A stretch of DNA of 64,000 nucleotides from Candidatus Latescibacterota bacterium (GTDB taxonomy: Bacteria > Latescibacterota > UBA2968 > GCA-2709665): positions 4,288,001 to 4,352,000 of the forward strand of contig OZ250150.1 of NCBI GenBank assembly GCA_965237675.1, read 5' to 3'. Positions 59,470 to 64,000 of this stretch are shown here, piece by piece. Under the pieces are notes generated by a model. The model had not been told where the DNA came from and searched no databases. It was given only the letters and a program-made list of their open reading frames with translations. Made by a program: the position numbers and the translations under genes. The stretch's first letter is position 1; each line of letters opens with the position of its first letter.

Positions 59470-60759
59470 ATGTGGCGCACATTTGTTCTTCTCTCACTCC
59501 TCTTCGCCTGTACGGATTCGTCCCTGTACGCCCAGGATGCCACCGGATACGTGGTCGAACGAATCGAAGTTCGAGGCAATCACAAGACAAGTGCCGACAT
59601 TATCCTTCGATCCCTTCCGATTCACAAGGGTGACCGGCTCACGCCCGGCAGATTGGATGCCAGCCGGGAATCACTGTACCGCACGCGCCTCTTCCGAACC
59701 GTGCACGTCGCGCCCAAGCCCGGCACGGAACAGGGCAAGGCCGTGCTGGTGGTTTACGTCGACGAGAAACGGTTCGGCGACGTCGGCGTCAGTTTTGAAT
59801 ACACCGAACTGGATGGATTCGGGGTTGCCGCTGACGCCTACCACGTCAACCTCGGGGGAGAAGGCAAGACCGTTGGCGCCGAGTATTCACATGGCGAGCG
59901 TCTGACGCGCTTCGGATTCAGCTATACCGACCCCTGGCTCACCAGCGACTGTATCTCCCTTCATGTGAAAGCGCTCTTCTCCAGGGCGGACCGGGACATG
60001 TATCGCAGTACCGACCCGCTAAAGCGCGGCCTGTACGACCTGGACAGAATCGGCGGCGCGGTTGGCGTTGGAAAGCCCATCGGCGAGAAATACCGGCTGG
60101 TCGCCCGGTACGCTTTCGATGAGATCCGCGTAAACGACTTCGACGAGCCAGAGGTCTTCATATCAGGCCCCGAATTCACCCGGGAAGTCAGCTCGGCCCT
60201 GGGACGCACGCCGATCTCCACCTTCGGCATCGAGCTCTACCGGCAGCCCACCTCGAGATTCTGGGGCAGCGCACCGGGTTTCGATCTCAACTTCCGAATG
60301 GACTACGCCCCCGGCGCCCTGGGCACCAACCCGAGCTACCTCCGGTTTAGAGTGGAGTCCTACCGCCATTTTGCGACCCTGCCCGGACAGATCCTGAGCG
60401 CTGGAGGACGGGCGGGGTTGATTTTCGGATCGCCGCCGTTTTTCGAGCGGTTTTACCTGGACGGTCAGAATCAACTCAGAGGGTTCGAACGGCGTGCGAT
60501 CGGCCCCGAGGGCGGCACGGAGTTCGTTTCGATAGAAGGTGTCTACGCGATTGCAGTCCGACCGATCGGCAGGATCTATTGCTTTGCCGAGTGGGCTGCG
60601 ATTCGTCGGCCGGTCGCGGAAATTCATCACGAGGATTCAAACGGCACCTATGGTATCGGCGCGTTGCTGTTTAACCGGATCGATATCAGCTACGGCTTGA
60701 AAAGGGGCACTCTAATTGTAAAATTCCACCGGTTTGGCGGTATTAATATGGGCTTGTGA
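59470..60759 (+). CDS. BamA/TamA (Omp85) family outer membrane protein with one POTRA
   Basis: Signal peptide; VERIEVRGNHKT POTRA; FERFYLDG..QLRGF. Confidence 0.8.
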   Translation: MWRTFVLLSLLFACTDSSLYAQDATGYVVERIEVRGNHKTSADIILRSLPIHKGDRLTPGRLDASRESLYRTRLFRTVHVAPKPGTEQGKAVLVVYVDEKRFGDVGVSFEYTELDGFGVAADAYHVNLGGEGKTVGAEYSHGERLTRFGFSYTDPWLTSDCISLHVKALFSRADRDMYRSTDPLKRGLYDLDRIGGAVGVGKPIGEKYRLVARYAFDEIRVNDFDEPEVFISGPEFTREVSSALGRTPISTFGIELYRQPTSRFWGSAPGFDLNFRMDYAPGALGTNPSYLRFRVESYRHFATLPGQILSAGGRAGLIFGSPPFFERFYLDGQNQLRGFERRAIGPEGGTEFVSIEGVYAIAVRPIGRIYCFAEWAAIRRPVAEIHHEDSNGTYGIGALLFNRIDISYGLKRGTLIVKFHRFGGINMGL

Positions 60760-60957
60760 GTCGGTTGGATCGGGATGCGAAGCACGAATGAAACCGTCCC
60801 GTGGAAGGGTCACCGGACAACGACGGGCGCGGTCCTGACTGAACCTGCCGAATACAAAGACCGGATCGTCAGATCAAAGTTGCGCGTAATCGGCGATTCT
60901 GCGACCCACATTCCCGGTTACCTGCCCAGACGGCAAGAACCTTACCAATCTCCCAAA

Positions 60958-61584
60958 ATGCACACCTATCGCGGCACACCTGAGGCTTTCGGGCGAAGCG
61001 TTACCATTTGCACGTACGTCTTTTTTTTTGTGGTATTCCCGGTGCGCTCCGACGCCCGGGACGTCGTTATCGCCGCCAGAACCCTCTACCTGCAGGCGGA
61101 TACGCTCAAACTGGATGTCGAACTGGATTCTCTGTTTTCCCGGCGTGCACTGGACGCCATCGAGTCCGGATTAATCACCTCCGTGGCCATGGAATTCCGC
61201 CTGGATTCGGACCGGCAGTCGAAAGCACTGGAGTTCGCGCTCGGCATGCGCCTCGACCACGACATCTGGGAGGGACGGTATCGGGTGGTGCGTGACACCG
61301 GCAGATTGGACACCCTGCAAACTGCCCATTTCGACGCTGTCAGAAATTTCTGCTCGGTGCTTCACGGGCTCGCGCTGGGGCCACTGCCCGACGGGCGGAA
61401 CTTTCAGCTGCGTCTTCGCGTTGGCGTCACTCCCATTTCCATCGAACAGGAGCAGCGCTCACGCCGATGGCTCAATGTCCTGCAAAAAGGAAGCCTGTTG
61501 GAGCTTTTCTTCTCACTGGACCGGCCCACGAAACGGACGCCGTGGATCGAAGTGAGCCGATTTTCGCCGGAGGATCTACAATGA
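60958..61584 (+). CDS. DUF4390-like exported protein
   Basis: ALDAIESG..., LDHDIWEGRYRV; located directly before an NtrY-like kinase; start uncertain. Confidence 0.6.
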   Translation: MHTYRGTPEAFGRSVTICTYVFFFVVFPVRSDARDVVIAARTLYLQADTLKLDVELDSLFSRRALDAIESGLITSVAMEFRLDSDRQSKALEFALGMRLDHDIWEGRYRVVRDTGRLDTLQTAHFDAVRNFCSVLHGLALGPLPDGRNFQLRLRVGVTPISIEQEQRSRRWLNVLQKGSLLELFFSLDRPTKRTPWIEVSRFSPEDLQ

Positions 61585-63077
61585 GATCCCTACCCATGCG
61601 CTGGCGCATCGTCATCGCCCTCATCGCCCTGACGCTGGGTACCACACTGGCATTGTCTCTACTTGCTCAACACTTCCTGGAATCCAGCCTGCAGCTACAG
61701 GACAATATCAGCGCAAGCACCAACCGGGCATTGAACGACGCGGTTGAACTGGCTAGAAATCATTACGACCGGCGCAAGGCCGCGCTCACCGACATCGGGA
61801 ATCGCCTGATCCAATCCCCGCTGCCATCGGAAGCCGTTGTTACGCGAAACCTGCAGCCAATCCGCGCCTTCCTGGAAAGGCACGACCTGGGTGACACACA
61901 ACTCCGGTTTGCAGATGCGGCGGAAATCGCGTCGCTCAACCTGCAAGGGTCCGCTTCCAGCGCCTCCGTACGCAGGGCCGGCGACCGCGATGCGTCGCTG
62001 GAACTGTTCGTGCCCGCTCAACAGAATGGACCGGCTGACGCGGCCCTCGTCATCACAAGCCCCATGGTCGAGTTGAACCGTGTTGAGCAGGCGGTCCAGG
62101 CCCATCAGTACCTTCGGATGATCGGGAGCGACCTCAGGAGCGAATTTTTCTTTTATTTCCTTGCTGCGACCATCGCCCTGCTCCTGCTGGCCTGTCTAAT
62201 GGGTGTCCGCATCGGCTTCCGCGTCACCCATCCGCTGGATGAACTCGTCAAAGGCACCCGTGAACTGGCCCAGGACAACCTGGACTACCGCATTCCTCCA
62301 GGACGGGACGACGAAATCGGCCTGCTGATCGGTTCCTTCAATCGGATGGCGGAAGATCTGACACAGAACCGCAAACAGCGGATCGAGGCAGAAAAAATCG
62401 CGGCCTGGCGTGAAATAGCCAGGCGCCTGGCCCACGAAATCAAGAACCCGCTCACACCCATCCAGCTTACGGTTCAGCAGATCCGCGACAAATATACGGG
62501 CAACGATCCCGCCTACCGGAAGCTGGTTCAGGACTGCACCGAAATCGTAACGGAAGAGGTGGAAAGCCTGAGGAAACTGGTGCAGGAATTCGCCGACTTT
62601 GCGCGCATGCCTTCCTTGTCCCTGGGTCGACACAGCCTGAACGGTGTCATAACCGATATCGTGCGCCTCTACCCCGAAGCCGGAATCGCGCTCGAACTCA
62701 CGCCGGAGATACACGAACTGGACCTCGACAGCGAACAGATGCGCCGCGTCCTGATCAACCTGATTGAAAACGGCCTGGAAGCTACCGGCGAGCAGGGCCG
62801 GATTGTCATTCAAACCGAAAACCAACCGAATGCAGTGAAGCTCCTCGTGGTCGACTCGGGCCCCGGTGTACCCGAACGGGATCGGGAGCGCATCTTTCAG
62901 CCGCGTGTGTCTTCCAAGCAAAGTGGAATGGGCATGGGGTTGGCCGTGGTCCGCAGCATCATCGAAAGCCACGGCGGCCAGATCGTCGCGGCGAGCGCGC
63001 CCGAAGGAGGCGCTCAGTTTGAGATTACCCTGCCCATTCCCAGGGAACAGACAAGAGAGCCGGAGGAAAGGATATGA
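61581..63077 (+). CDS. HAMP-domain sensor histidine kinase (NtrY-like)
   Basis: [52 protein letters not shown]. Confidence 0.92.
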   Translation: MRSLPMRWRIVIALIALTLGTTLALSLLAQHFLESSLQLQDNISASTNRALNDAVELARNHYDRRKAALTDIGNRLIQSPLPSEAVVTRNLQPIRAFLERHDLGDTQLRFADAAEIASLNLQGSASSASVRRAGDRDASLELFVPAQQNGPADAALVITSPMVELNRVEQAVQAHQYLRMIGSDLRSEFFFYFLAATIALLLLACLMGVRIGFRVTHPLDELVKGTRELAQDNLDYRIPPGRDDEIGLLIGSFNRMAEDLTQNRKQRIEAEKIAAWREIARRLAHEIKNPLTPIQLTVQQIRDKYTGNDPAYRKLVQDCTEIVTEEVESLRKLVQEFADFARMPSLSLGRHSLNGVITDIVRLYPEAGIALELTPEIHELDLDSEQMRRVLINLIENGLEATGEQGRIVIQTENQPNAVKLLVVDSGPGVPERDRERIFQPRVSSKQSGMGMGLAVVRSIIESHGGQIVAASAPEGGAQFEITLPIPREQTREPEERI

Positions 63078-64000
63078 CGGAACCAACCATTCTGGTGGTG
63101 GACGACGAACGCAATATACGACGGTCTCTGGAGATGATTCTCTCCGCCGAAGGTTACCGGGTTGTCTGTGCGGCTTCAGGTCGGGATGCCCTGGCCGCGA
63201 TGAAATCCGACCCGCCACAGGTAGCACTGCTGGATATTGTCCTACCCGGATCAAACGGGATTGAGATCCTGAAGACCGCACGGCAGAACTATCCGAACCT
63301 GGCCGTCATCATGATTTCCGGCCATGGAACCGTCCACGACGCGGTTGTGGCGACGAAACTGGGAGCCTATGATTTCCTGGAAAAGCCGCTTTCTCGGGAA
63401 AAAGTGCTGCTTACCCTCGCCCACGCCCTTGAGAGCGTCGAACTGACCGAGGAAAATCGCAGTCTACGCCGAAAGTTCGAGACGCGATTCGAGATGGTGG
63501 GCAAAAGCGATGCCATTGCATCCGTACGCGATCAAATCGGGAAGGTTGCTCCAACAAACGGACGCGTCCTCATCCTGGGCGAGAGCGGTACCGGAAAAGA
63601 ACTGGTTGCGAGGGACATCCACCGCAACAGCCGGCGTTGCGAGGGCCCGTTCGTCAAGGTCAACTGTGCGGCGATTCCTGAGGAACTCATCGAGAGCGAA
63701 CTGTTCGGCAGTGACCGCGGCGCGTTTACGGGCTCGGTAAAAACCCGCGATGGGAAGTTCCTGCTTGCCGATGGCGGCACGCTGTTTCTGGACGAAATCG
63801 GCGATATGAGCCTCAGCGTCCAGGCCAAGGTTCTGCGTGCCCTCGAGCAGGGGGAATTCGAGCGTGTTGGCGGGTCGAAGACCCTGAGAGTCGATGTGCG
63901 GGTCATTGCCGCAACCAACAGGAACCTTCAACAACAGGTCGAGAAGGGGTCCTTCCGCGGGGACCTCTACTTCAGGCTCAATGTCGTACCCATAACGGCT
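63074..64000 (+). CDS. Sigma54-dependent response regulator (NtrX/NtrC-like), 3'-truncated by window edge
   Basis: Read by hand from ATG 63074: [46 protein letters not shown]. Confidence 0.9.
   Translation, partial: MTEPTILVVDDERNIRRSLEMILSAEGYRVVCAASGRDALAAMKSDPPQVALLDIVLPGSNGIEILKTARQNYPNLAVIMISGHGTVHDAVVATKLGAYDFLEKPLSREKVLLTLAHALESVELTEENRSLRRKFETRFEMVGKSDAIASVRDQIGKVAPTNGRVLILGESGTGKELVARDIHRNSRRCEGPFVKVNCAAIPEELIESELFGSDRGAFTGSVKTRDGKFLLADGGTLFLDEIGDMSLSVQAKVLRALEQGEFERVGGSKTLRVDVRVIAATNRNLQQQVEKGSFRGDLYFRLNVVPITA

Noticed and set aside
1-64000. tRNA, rRNA, CRISPR array, integron attC array, prophage
   Set aside because: No cloverleaf, repeat-spacer periodicity, integrase or phage structural genes recognised by eye; a covariance-model scan would be needed to exclude small RNAs.

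Overview
GC-rich bacterial chromosome segment. The DUF6785/FtsX genes, the many amidohydrolase and sugar-acid enzymes and the Hanks-kinase sigma54 activator resemble Candidatus Latescibacterota-like genomes (inference only). 1-8 kb: housekeeping block (truA end, htrA/degP, pssA, DUF4321, tatA, gatA, gatB), a DUF2064 glycosyltransferase and a galactonate-dehydratase-like enolase. 8-14 kb: partly duplicated, mosaic amidohydrolase/HEAT/JmjC/K-channel region carrying an IS256 end and a foreign ABC fragment. 14-23.5 kb: TPR, DUF6785 transporter and a 1512-aa M28-fold/FtsX fusion with rewired metal ligands, then a 29-codon Glu-Pro-stop uORF in front of a SpeD-SpeE fusion. 23.5-35 kb: catabolic and metabolic genes. 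About 35.2-46.8 kb: lower-GC, IS-scarred island with two IS1380 copies (each splitting an exported-protein gene), an IS256 truncating an M15 peptidase next to a secreted HEAT protein, and a radC remnant. 46.8-64 kb: Ldh_2 dehydrogenase, a nested REP cluster, a possible two-tier sigma54 cascade, lutB/lutC, an Omp85 protein and NtrY/NtrX-like regulators. No rRNA, tRNA or CRISPR array was seen. All calls come from reading motifs by eye; no searches were run.
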